Positions 9,463 through 21,100 of a stretch of DNA of 64,000 bases are shown here, piece by piece. This DNA is from Planctomycetota bacterium (GTDB taxonomy: Bacteria; Planctomycetota; B15-G4; JADJEK01): the NCBI GenBank assembly GCA_044225365.1, contig JBGAIQ010000015.1, positions 65,449-129,448 of the forward strand, in the 5' to 3' direction. The translations under genes were made by a program, and so were the position numbers. The notes beneath the pieces are model-generated. The model saw nothing but the letters and a program-made list of their open reading frames with translations. It was not told the origin of the DNA and searched no databases. Position 1 is the stretch's first letter; the number at the start of each line of letters is the position of its first letter.

Positions 9463-10788
9463 TCAGTCCTCGTTCGTCATCAGGTGCGAAGCATCGGGCT
9501 CGCGGGTGAGCCGCCTCGCAAGGCGATCGCGCAGGGACTCGATCGTGAGTCGATCGAGGATCTCGTTCGCGAAGGCATAGGTCAGGAGGTCGCGCGCGGT
9601 CGCGACGGCGATGCCGCGGCTGCGCAGGTAGAAGAGCGCCGTCTCGTCGATCTGTCCGATCGTCGAACCGTGCGAGCATTTCACGTCGTCGGCGAGGATC
9701 TCGAGCTGCGGCGTGCTGTTGCACAGCGCTTCGTTCGACGTGAGCAGGTTGTTGTTCTCCTGCGCGGACGAGGTCTTCTGCGCGTCCTTGCGGACCAGGA
9801 TGCGGCCGAAGAACGTTCCGCGGCTCTTGCCGCCGAGCACACCTTTGTAGTGCTCGCGCGACGTGGTGTGCGGAACGGCGTGATCGATCACCGTGTAGTG
9901 GTCGTGCTGCTTCGCTCCGTCGAGGACGTAGAGACCGTCGATCTCGCAGCTCGCGCCTTGGCCGAGCAGCGTGACGTACAGCGAGTGGCGATGGAACGCG
10001 CCGCCGAGCGACACGACGAGCGAGCGATAGTTCGAGTCGCGACCGGTCTGGTGTACGCGGGTCGCGGCGATGTGGACCACGTCCGTGTGCTCGTCGCCGA
10101 CCGTCACGTGTTCGAGATTCGCGCCGTCGGCGAGTTCGACGTCGACGACGACGTTGGCGAAGGACGCGCCTCCGCCCTCGGAGATGTGCTGCTCCACGAT
10201 CGTGGCCTTCGAGTTGGCGCCCGCGATCACGATCACGCGCGTGTGCTGCGCGATGCCGCCGCCGCTCGTCGACGACACGATCTCGATCGGCGACTCGATC
10301 GCGGCGTTCGCGTCGATCGTGACGACGACGCCATCGGTGAACATCGCGGTGTTCAGCGCCGAGAAGGAGTGGTCGCGCGGACTGGGCGCGCCGAGGAAGC
10401 GCTCGAGTCGCGCGCCGTTGTCGAGCACGGCGGTGGCGAGGGATTCGATACGCAGGCCGGGCACTTTGGTCCCGAGCCCACTCGAGAGTGGGGGTGCTGC
10501 CACACGACCGTCGATCAGGACGATTCGAAGCGATCCTTCGGTGCCGACCGCGGGCGGAAGGTCGGCGGTGGTCGCTTTGCTCGTGAGCTGCGACGCGAGC
10601 GGCAGCTTGGTGAACAAGGCGGCGTTCGCGTAGCGCCACGCCTCCAGCTTGCGCGTGGGAAGGCCCGCTTCGACGAAGAACGCATGAGCGTCCTCGCGAG
10701 CCTTCGTCAGCCACGCGGGCTCCTTGCCGCGGACGAACGCGAGCCACTTCGAGAAGTCGAGCGCGGCGTGTTCCTTCACGTCGTTCAT
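9463..10788 (-). CDS. sufD: Fe-S cluster assembly protein SufD
   Basis: EAWRY, PQLEILADDVKCSHG and FYLRSRGI motifs. Confidence 0.93.
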   Translation of the reverse strand: MNDVKEHAALDFSKWLAFVRGKEPAWLTKAREDAHAFFVEAGLPTRKLEAWRYANAALFTKLPLASQLTSKATTADLPPAVGTEGSLRIVLIDGRVAAPPLSSGLGTKVPGLRIESLATAVLDNGARLERFLGAPSPRDHSFSALNTAMFTDGVVVTIDANAAIESPIEIVSSTSGGGIAQHTRVIVIAGANSKATIVEQHISEGGGASFANVVVDVELADGANLEHVTVGDEHTDVVHIAATRVHQTGRDSNYRSLVVSLGGAFHRHSLYVTLLGQGASCEIDGLYVLDGAKQHDHYTVIDHAVPHTTSREHYKGVLGGKSRGTFFGRILVRKDAQKTSSAQENNNLLTSNEALCNSTPQLEILADDVKCSHGSTIGQIDETALFYLRSRGIAVATARDLLTYAFANEILDRLTIESLRDRLARRLTREPDASHLMTNED

Positions 10789-10795
10789 CGCTGCC

Positions 10796-11557
<762 letters not shown>

Positions 11558-11583
11558 GGAGTCATCCAATCCTTGTTCCATTC

Positions 11584-11642
11584 GTAGGGGCAGACGGCTG
11601 TCTGCCCGCCGTTGATCCGGGCGCACAGCCGTGCGCCCCTAC
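11584..11642. repeat. GTAG-type REP doublet (inverted pair) between sufB and sufC
   Basis: GTAGGGGCAGACGGCTGTCTGCCC (11584-11607) and inverted GGGCGCACAGCCGTGCGCCCCTAC (11619-11642), each an internal palindrome with a GTAG foot. Confidence 0.75.
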
Positions 11643-11671
11643 GGCGTCGAGCTCCGCAACGGGTGAAACGA

Positions 11672-13117
<1,446 letters not shown>

Positions 13118-13122
13118 GGGAT

Positions 13123-13608
13123 TCACCTCACCGGAAGAGCACGCTGGCTCGCGTCGGCGCGCACTCCGAGCGTGAGCGGACCCGCCATCTGCGCAAGACT
13201 GATCTCGGAGAGGGCCGCGTGGACGACTCGGTTGATCGTCTGCCAATTGCTCTTCACGGCGCACATCGCCACGATCGAGCAATTGACGGCTTCATTGTTG
13301 GTGCACTCGGTGATCGAGATCGGACCTTCGACGGCGGCGACGATGTCGGCGACGGAGATCGCGTCAGGGGTCCGAGCGAGACGGTAGCCGCCCTTCACTC
13401 CGCGGGTCGAGGTGAGCAGGCCGTCGCGGCCGAGGAGCTTCAGGATCTTGCCGACCATCGGCTCGGGAAGATGAACATGGGCCGCGAGGTCACGGGCGTT
13501 GTAGACCGGGGGCGATCCGTCGACGCCGTCGCGCGAGTGATGCGCGAAGTACGTGAGCAGCACGATCGCGTAGTCCGCTTGGCGCGTCATCCGAAGCATG
13601 CGATTCAC
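13123..13608 (-). CDS. Rrf2-family SUF system regulator (start may be 13599)
   Basis: [19 protein letters not shown] and three Cys (ECT..NC...MC); first gene of suf operon. Confidence 0.9.
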   Translation of the reverse strand: MNRMLRMTRQADYAIVLLTYFAHHSRDGVDGSPPVYNARDLAAHVHLPEPMVGKILKLLGRDGLLTSTRGVKGGYRLARTPDAISVADIVAAVEGPISITECTNNEAVNCSIVAMCAVKSNWQTINRVVHAALSEISLAQMAGPLTLGVRADASQRALPVR

Positions 13609-13611
13609 CTG

Positions 13612-13636
13612 AATCAGGACCGGGGCGGTACTTTAT
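13612..13636. promoter_or_regulatory. Candidate Rrf2 operator (imperfect inverted repeat)
   Basis: AATCAGGACC-N5-GGTACTTTAT immediately upstream of the rrf2 start. Confidence 0.3.
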
Positions 13637-13656
13637 CGCATGGGATCGGAAAGCCG

Positions 13657-13697
13657 CAAGGCGGAAACTGAACCATTCCGGTTCGGTTTCCGCCTTG
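13657..13697. terminator. 18-bp stem-loop between the hypothetical gene and the suf promoter
   Basis: CAAGGCGGAAACTGAACC-ATTCC-GGTTCGGTTTCCGCCTTG; no clear U tail. Confidence 0.45.
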
Positions 13698-13744
13698 GCG
13701 CGGGGGATGTCCCACAAGAGCTTGGTGGGCATTGGCTTGAGAGG

Positions 13745-14443
13745 TCAGGCTCCGGGGCGCAGGTTCCGTCCGCGACCCGACATGAAGAAGTCAAAGAGCA
13801 GAGAGGCCTTCTCGCCGGTGAGGGCGCCCTTGCGAGCCATGACGAGATCGAGAGTCGCCGGATCGAGATCGACGATCGCCATGGTGCGGTTGCGGAAGGT
13901 GTTGAAAGTCTCCTCCGACTTGGGGCCGAGTGCCTTCGTGTCGACGATCTGGCCGTGGATCGACTTGGCGAGTTCCGCCGCGGCCGTGTTGCCCTTATCG
14001 GCGGCCTTGAAGATCGTGCCGTAGGCGGTGTCGAGCGTCCAAACGTATTCATCGAACGACATTCGGATCGCCCGGAGCTCGGTCTCGAGTTCGATCGGGA
14101 TGTGCTTCATCTTCTCGATGGCGTCCTTGAACGTGTCGATCATCTCGCCCACGTCCGGACGGCCGCCGTTTTCCAGGTCCTGGAAGCTCTTCAATGTATC
14201 GCTCGCACCCTGCGCGACCCGCGAGCGGATCGCGATCACTTGATCGAGCTTGGCGGCGTCGAGCTTCGAGGTGGGCGGTTTGGTGAAGGGGAAGTCCTTG
14301 TTCGTCGTTTCGAGCTGCTTGAAAGACGCCTCGAGCTCCTTGCTGACGTCGATCGACTTCTTCACGACGTAGCTGCAAAAGCCGATCATCAAGATCAACC
14401 CCACGACCACGATTCCGCCGACGACGGCGAGACAACCCTTCAT
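13745..14443 (-). CDS. Hypothetical single-pass membrane protein
   Basis: MKGCLAVVGG N-terminal hydrophobic helix, GAGGAG RBS, typical codon usage. Confidence 0.75.
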   Translation of the reverse strand: MKGCLAVVGGIVVVGLILMIGFCSYVVKKSIDVSKELEASFKQLETTNKDFPFTKPPTSKLDAAKLDQVIAIRSRVAQGASDTLKSFQDLENGGRPDVGEMIDTFKDAIEKMKHIPIELETELRAIRMSFDEYVWTLDTAYGTIFKAADKGNTAAAELAKSIHGQIVDTKALGPKSEETFNTFRNRTMAIVDLDPATLDLVMARKGALTGEKASLLFDFFMSGRGRNLRPGA

Positions 14444-14645
14444 GATGCACTCCTCGAGCTTTCGAACGAACCTGCGCGGCGTGAATCGACGCGGCAAGGA
14501 CCCAGCATAGCGAGGACTCGGAAAAGTCGAAACGCCGCGACGATTCGACGCTTCTAATGAGCCGCTGCGGTCGCAACCCTACGTCGATCAACGAAGAGGG
14601 ATTCACCCGAAACCCGGGCCGCGATTCGCGACGGAGACTCGCAGC

Positions 14646-15239
14646 ATGGCACAGACAGTTCGGATCCTCGCATTTGCTGGAGCGGCGCGACGCGATTCGT
14701 GGAACAAGAAGCTTCTCGCGGTCGCGGTTCAAGGCGCGCGGGATGCCGGCGCCGAGGTCACGATCTACGACTTCGCGGAGTTTCCGCTTCCGCTCTACGA
14801 CGGGGATCTGGAGGCCGCGGGCGGCCTTCCCCCCAACGCGAAGAAGTTCAAGTCGCTGATGCGCGAACATCACGGCTTGCTGATCGCCTGCCCGGAGTAC
14901 AACAGCTCGATCACTCCGTTGCTGAAGAACGCGATCGATTGGGCGTCGCGCCCCGAGAGCCCCGACGGCAAACCGGAACCGCCGCTCGTCGCCTACCAGA
15001 ACAAGGTGGCCGGCCTCGTCGCCGCGTCCCCCGGTGCGCTCGGCGGCTTGCGCGGCCTCCGCCACGTCCGCGAGATCCTGTCGAACATCAACGTCCTCGT
15101 GCTCCCGCAGCAGTTCGCACTCAGCAAGGCGAACGAAGCCTTCGACGCCGCGGGCAAGCTGATCGACCCGAAAGCCGAATCCTCGGTGAAGGCCGTCGCA
15201 GCGAAGCTGGTAGCGACGACCTCCCGCCTCCTCGTCTGA
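14646..15239 (+). CDS. NADPH-dependent FMN reductase / flavodoxin-fold oxidoreductase
   Basis: PEYNSSITPLLKNAIDWASR and SPGALGGLRG motifs. Confidence 0.92.
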   Translation: MAQTVRILAFAGAARRDSWNKKLLAVAVQGARDAGAEVTIYDFAEFPLPLYDGDLEAAGGLPPNAKKFKSLMREHHGLLIACPEYNSSITPLLKNAIDWASRPESPDGKPEPPLVAYQNKVAGLVAASPGALGGLRGLRHVREILSNINVLVLPQQFALSKANEAFDAAGKLIDPKAESSVKAVAAKLVATTSRLLV

Positions 15240-15276
15240 AACGACGGTCACGGACCGCGTCCGCCGCCGCCAACCC

Positions 15277-15414
15277 CGGCGGTTACGGATCGCAGCCGCC
15301 GCCGCCAGAAACCGGCGGTGACGGATCGCAGCCAAAACCGCCGGAACCGGCGGCGACGGATCGCAGCCAAAACCGCCGGAACCGGCGGTGACGGATCGCA
15401 GCCGCCGCCGCCAG
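15277..15414. repeat. About four tandem ~35-bp palindromic units between convergent genes
   Basis: Unit CGGCGG(T/C)GACGGATCGCAGCC(AAAA/GCCG)CCGCC(G/A)GAAC repeated directly, with no unique spacers. Confidence 0.75.
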
Positions 15415-15421
15415 CATGGCG

Positions 15422-16570
15422 TCAGCGTACTTCCTTCGGCTTCTTCGCGGGGGTGACGGCGGGGGCGGACTCCGCTTCGTTCACGAGTGTTTCGATCGCT
15501 TCGTCGAGGGACTCCTCGCTCGGGTCGAGGAAGCGGATCACATGCTGGGCGTCGAGCAGGTAGACGGTGGGATACGCGCTCACGTTGAATCGGCGCGCGA
15601 TCGGCCCGCCGGTCGAGCCCTCGCAGAACGATCGCCAGGTGACCTGCTGCGAAGCGAGATTCGACTTCAGCTTGTCATCGATCTTGTCGGTGTTGATGCC
15701 GAGAATGACGAACGGACGGTCCTTGTACTTCTCCACGAGCGACCGCTCGTGCGGGATCATGGCCCGGCAAGGGCCTCACCAGAATCCCCAGAAATCGAGC
15801 ATCACCACTTTGCCCTTGTAGTCGGCGAGCTGGAACCCGACGCCATCGACGTCCTTGCCCTCGATCGGCGGGCAGGGCTTGCCGGCGACGAGATGGTCGA
15901 GCGCGAAGAGGGCCTGCTCCGCCGCTTCCCCAAGCGTGCCGCGCGAAGTCTTGACGTCGGCATACTCCTTCACGACCTTCTCGTACTCGGCGTGCGCCGC
16001 GGCAAGTTTCGCAGCGTCGTCCACAGCGGTCCATTTGTGGCTCGATGCCATCGCAAGGAGTGCCTTGCCGCGAACGGACCGCACGCTCGACTTCTCGATC
16101 ATCGCGACGAGCAAGCGCTCGGTCGGGCCCTGCGCGCCGTAGGAATATCGCGCCGCGAGGCCGCCGATCCGCTCGTCGTCGAGGTGATCCCGGATCAGGC
16201 GATCGACGACCGCGGAGAGATCACTCTCGCCGCGCGCCACGCTGATGGCGAAGAACAGCGCGTCGTACGCGTCGGGCGACTTCGAGCACTTCTCCGCGAT
16301 CGCCATCGCCCGATCGAAGTACGACTTGTCGTCGGGCGCCAGCTTGCGCGCGGCGTCGCCGCGCTCCTCGTCGGTCTTCGCCGCCTCGATGGCTTCCCGT
16401 TGCCGGGAGAGCGCGGCATTGTATTCCTCGCGCAACGCGGCGATCGCCTTGGCGGCGTCGGTCGTCTGAGCGGCAACGGGAGCGGCGTCCTGCGCCTGCG
16501 CGCGAGGCGCCGACGCGAGCGGTAGAGCGAGCACGAGTGCTGCGCGGAAGAGGGATCGAGAGAGCTTCAT
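15422..16570 (-). CDS. Exported TlpA/thioredoxin-like protein with in-frame UGA (UGPC motif), probable selenoprotein
   Basis: ORFs 15776..16570 and 15422..15760 are in the same frame; the join reads DFWGFW-TGA-GPCRAMIPHER; N-terminal signal peptide. Confidence 0.85.
15734..15775 (-). promoter_or_regulatory. Putative bacterial SECIS element (copy 1)
   Basis: 3' of the UGA: GGCCC-UUGCC-GGGCC hairpin, then CACGAGC-GGUC-GCUCGUG; apical loop starts with G, 31 nt after the UGA. Confidence 0.65.
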
Positions 16571-16675
16571 GGATCTTCACGGCCTCCAAGAACATGCCGT
16601 ATCGCGCGACATCCGACGGCACTCGAGCGCAACCCCAGCGAGATGACGCCTGCGGGCTCCACGGATGATAACACG

Positions 16676-16721
16676 CCAAACGAAACCACCGGCGGGATCG
16701 CGCAGGGCGTTCCCGCCGGTG
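16676..16721 (-). terminator. Rho-independent terminator after TlpA copy 2
   Basis: Stem CACCGGCGGGA/TCCCGCCGGTG followed on the minus strand by GTTTCGTTT. Confidence 0.6.
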
Positions 16722-16757
16722 TTCACCGGAATCGGTGCAGATCGCGATGTCGCGCGA

Positions 16758-17915
16758 TCATTCGCCCGATTTCGATTTTGCCTTGTCGTCTGCGCTTTTC
16801 GCCTTGGATCCGGGATCGGGCGCCTTGCCCTCCGCTTCGGCGATCACCTGATCGAGGAGCTTCTCATCCGGCGACCCGTGACCCTTCCAGCGGATCTTCC
16901 GGTCCTTGTCGAGCAGGTACACCGTCGGCCAGCCCTGGACGTTGAACTGGGTGGCGATCGGTCCGCTCGTGCTTCCTTCGAAGAAGGAGCGCCAGGTGAT
17001 GTTCTCTTTCTTCTGCGCGTCGATCAGCGTCTGCTTCTTCTCATCGCTGTTGACGCCGAGGATGACGAAAGGCTTGTCCTTCAATCTTTCCACGAGCGAC
17101 CGCTCGTGTGGGATCATGGCCCGGCAAGGGCCTCACCAGAAGCCCCAGAAGTCGAGCATCACCACCTTTCCCTTGTAGTCGGCGAGTGAGAACTTCACTC
17201 CGTCGACGTCGCTGCCGGAGATCTCGGGACACACGCTGCCGATACCGAGGTTCTCGAGCTCGTACACCGCCTTGCGTGCGATATCGCCGAGTCGACCCAT
17301 CGGGGATTTGATCCCCGAGTAGTTCTCGATCACGTCGTTGTAGAGGTCGATCGCCTGCTTCTGGAGCGTGGCGTCGCCCGTGTTCTCCGACTGTTCCTTC
17401 AGCCCCTCGGCCTTGCGGAACGTCGCCTTGCCCTTCACGGAGTCGTGCGGGCTCTTGGCGATGAGCGCGTCGCACAGCTTGTCGGCGGGCGGCCCGTAGA
17501 CGACCATCGACGCGTCTCCCAGGGATTCGCTCGCGATGTAGTCCGCGATCAGCGTATCGATGATCGTCGCAGACGTCTTCGGATCCTGGCTGAGTTCGAG
17601 CGCCCAGACGAGCGCGCTCGCGGCGATCTCCTGGCCCTTCGCGGCGTCGGCGATGGCGATCGCCTTCGTCGCGTATTCATCCGACTTCGGATACTTGGTT
17701 TCGATCAGTTTCTTGCGCTCGTCGTCGGTCGTAGCCTTCTGATACAGCTCGCTGAATGCGTTTTGCGCATCCGAGAACTGCTTCTGCAGCGCAGCGAGAT
17801 CGGCCGCCGGGTCGCCGATTCGGGCGAACACCAGAGGCTGCAGCAGGGGAGGCGTAGCGACCGCGCCCGGCGCGAGCAGAGTGCTCGTGATGCCGATCGC
17901 GAACAAGAGGGTCAT
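16758..17915 (-). CDS. Exported TlpA/thioredoxin-like protein with in-frame UGA (UGPC motif), probable selenoprotein, paralog 2
   Basis: ORFs 17133..18011 and 16758..17117 are in frame; DFWGFW-TGA-GPCRAMIPHER; AGGAG RBS before ATG 17915. Confidence 0.85.
17091..17132 (-). promoter_or_regulatory. Putative bacterial SECIS element (copy 2)
   Basis: Same double hairpin as copy 1; 43 of 44 nt after the UGA are identical. Confidence 0.65.
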
Positions 17916-18113
17916 TTTCGATTCTCCTTGTGAGTTGCAGCAGGCACCGGCATCGTCCGCTTTCCCGAGGCAGGGGTCAAGGGAACTCGAACCGTCTTCT
18001 CCGGCTGTCAACCGGGCCGAACTGCGCTACACTTCATCGATCGGCTCCCGCGCCTCGGCACCCTGCGCGGACTCCCCTTCCCACTCGAAATCGTTCGCTC
18101 TCGGAGAAACTGG

Positions 18114-21100
18114 ATGCGTTCCCAAATCGCTCCGCTCGGCGCGATCCTGGTCGTTGCATGCGCAGGCATCGCATCGGCTCAGGGTTCGTTCGTCAATTTC
18201 GAATCGCCGCACGTCCATCCCCTCGAACTCACTCCTGACGGCACGCGGCTGCTCGCCGTGAATACCGCCGACAATCGGCTCGAGGTCTTCGCCGTATTAC
18301 CCGCGCAGCTCGCGCACATCGGTTCGGTACCCGTCGGACTCGATCCCACCTCGGTGCGTGCGCGGAGCAACGGCGAAGCCTGGGTCGTGAATCATCTCTC
18401 CGACTCGGTCTCCGTCGTCGACCTCGCGACGCTGCGGGTTCGCGCGACGTTCAAGACCCAGGACGAGCCCAATGACGTGGCCTTCGCCGGCACGACCACG
18501 TCCCGCGCCTTCGTATCTTCCGCGACGGAGAACACCGTGTCGGTGTTCGATCCGAACAATCTGACGGCAGCGCCGACCCTCGTCCCGATCTTCGGCGTCG
18601 CGCCGCGCGCGATCGCCGTGTCGAGTGACTTCAAGAAGGTCTACGTCGCGATCTTCGATTCCGGCAATCAGTCGACGGTGCTCGGCGGCGGCGGGACGAT
18701 GGCGAACGTGTTCCCGCCCAACGTGGTCTCCAATCCCGCGGGTCCCTACGGCGGGCAGAACCCGCCGCCGAATGCGGGCAACGCGTTCAATCCACCGATC
18801 GCCGCGGGCCTCCCCGCGCCGCCGAAGGTCGGCCTGATCGTGAAGAAGGACGCGACGGGCAAGTGGATGGACGACAACGCGCACGACTGGACTGCGCTCG
18901 TCTCCGGCAACAATGCATCGCTCTCTGGACGTCCGGTCGGCTGGGACCTCCCCGACCACGACGTCGCCGTGATCGACGCCGACTCGCTCGGGCTCACCTA
19001 CGCCGATCACCTGATGAATCTCGACATGGCGCTCGCGGTGAATCCGGCGAACGGCGAAGTCGTCGTCGTCGGCACCGAAGCGACGAACGAGATCCGCTTC
19101 GAGCCGAACCTCAAGGGCAAGTTCGTCCACGTCGTCGGTTCGCGCATCACGTCGTCCGGAGCGTTCGTCGCGACGAAGGACCTCAATCCGCACCTGACGT
19201 ACGGCGTGTCGAGCATTCCGCAGAGCGATCGCGACAAGTCACTCGGCGATCCGCGCGGAGTCGCGTTCAGCGCGAACGGATCTCGCGTCTTCGTGACGGG
19301 CATGGGTAGCAACAACCTCGTCGCCTTCGACAGCACGCTCACGCGGGTCGGCACCACCGCGACGACGACGATCCCGGTCGGCGAAGGACCGACCGGCGTC
19401 GTGGCGCATCCGCTGACCGGCATGGTCTTCGTGCTCAACAAGTTCGAAGGCAGCGTGTCGTGCGTCGATCCTGTCGCGCAGAAGGAAGTGGATCGCACCG
19501 CGCTCGCGTTCGATCCCACGCCGTCCGTCATCAAGGTCGGCCGCAAGCATCTCTACGACACGCACAAGAACTCCGGTCTCGGCCAGATCGCGTGCGCGTC
19601 GTGTCACATCGACGCCCGCATCGACCACCTCGCGTGGGACCTCGGCGATCCCTCCGGCGCGATGAAGGCGACGACGGGCCAAAACCTCGGCGCCAACGTC
19701 CCCGGCCTCAACACGGGATTCCAGCCGTGGCACCCGATGAAGGGCCCGATGACGACGCAGTCGCTGCAGGACATCGTCGGCAAGGAGCCCCTGCATTGGC
19801 GCGGCGATCGCGCGGGTCTCGAGGAGTTCGCGCCCGCGTTCAAGAATCTGCAGGGCGATGACGTCCAGCTCTTGCCTGCGGAAATGCAGGAGTTCGAGGA
19901 CTTCATCGCGTCCATCCACTACCCGCCGAATCCGTATCGCAACTTCGACAACACGCTGACGACCGCGATGAATACCGGCGTGAAGTCGAACGGCCGCTTC
20001 TCGCCAAAGGGCACGGCCTTGCCGGTCGGCAACGCGCAGCACGGTGCGACCATCTATCGTCCGCCCACATTGCTCGATGCTGCGGCGATCGCATGCTCGT
20101 CATGCCACACCCTGCCCGTTGGCATCGGCACGAACAGCAAGCTCGTGGGCTTCGCGTTCCAGCCGATCGCGACGGGACCGAATGGAGAACTCCATCACAT
20201 GCTCGTGTCGCAGGACGGCAATACGAACATCACGATGAAGGTTCCGCAGCTTCGGAACATGTACGAGAAGCGCGGCTTCGATACCAACCTGACTTCGAAC
20301 GTGGCCGGATTCGGCTACCTGCACGATGGGTCGGTCGACACGCTCGCCTCGTTCCTGTCCGAGCCGGTGTTCAATCCGGGCGGCGATCAGGACCTCGCCG
20401 ACCTCGTCGCGTTCCTCTTCCAGTTCGCGGGTTCCGACCTCGCGTACGGCGGCTCGATCCTCGAACCGCCCGCAACCTCGGCGAAGGACGCGCATGCAGC
20501 CGTCGGACAGCAGACGACTCTCATCGATTCGGGAACGCCCGCTGCGGGCCAACTCGCACTCATCGATCAGATGGTCACGGTCGCGAACACGAACAAGGTC
20601 GGACTCGTCGTGAAGGGCATCCAGGGCGGCCTGGCGCGCGGGTACTACTACGTCGGCGGCAACTCGTTCCAGAGCGATCGCTCGACGGAGACGCGCACGG
20701 TCGCGCAGTTGAAGTCTTCGGCGGCGCCGGGATCCGAGCTCACCTTCACCGTGGTGCCGTTCGAATCGCGCGTCCGCATCGGCGTCGATCGCGACGAGGA
20801 TGGCTGGTTCGATCGCGACGAGATCGACGCGCTCACGAATCCGAACGATCCGACGAACTACCCGGGATGCGGATCGGCGCTCGCGTACGGCCAGGGTTGT
20901 CCAGGCTCGGGCAATCGCATTCCACGGGTCCAGGTCACGGGCTGTCTGAAGCAGAACGGCAACGTCGTGTTCACGCTCGACAAGGGCAATCCGAATGCCC
21001 TCGCTCTCCTCGTGTTCGGCCTGACGCAGGCGGCGCAACCGATCGGCGGCGGTTGTTATCTCAACGTCGCCCCGATGCTCCCGCCGCTCGTCGGTCCGTT

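Noticed and set aside
15277-15414. CRISPR array
   Set aside because: No spacers; degenerate tandem palindromic units
15422-17915. Four separate genes or two pseudogenes; alternatively genome-wide UGA=Trp/Gly reassignment
   Set aside because: The UGA sits at the catalytic Cys position in both diverged paralogs with a conserved downstream hairpin, while many ordinary genes here (icd, suf genes) end in TGA and use TGG for Trp
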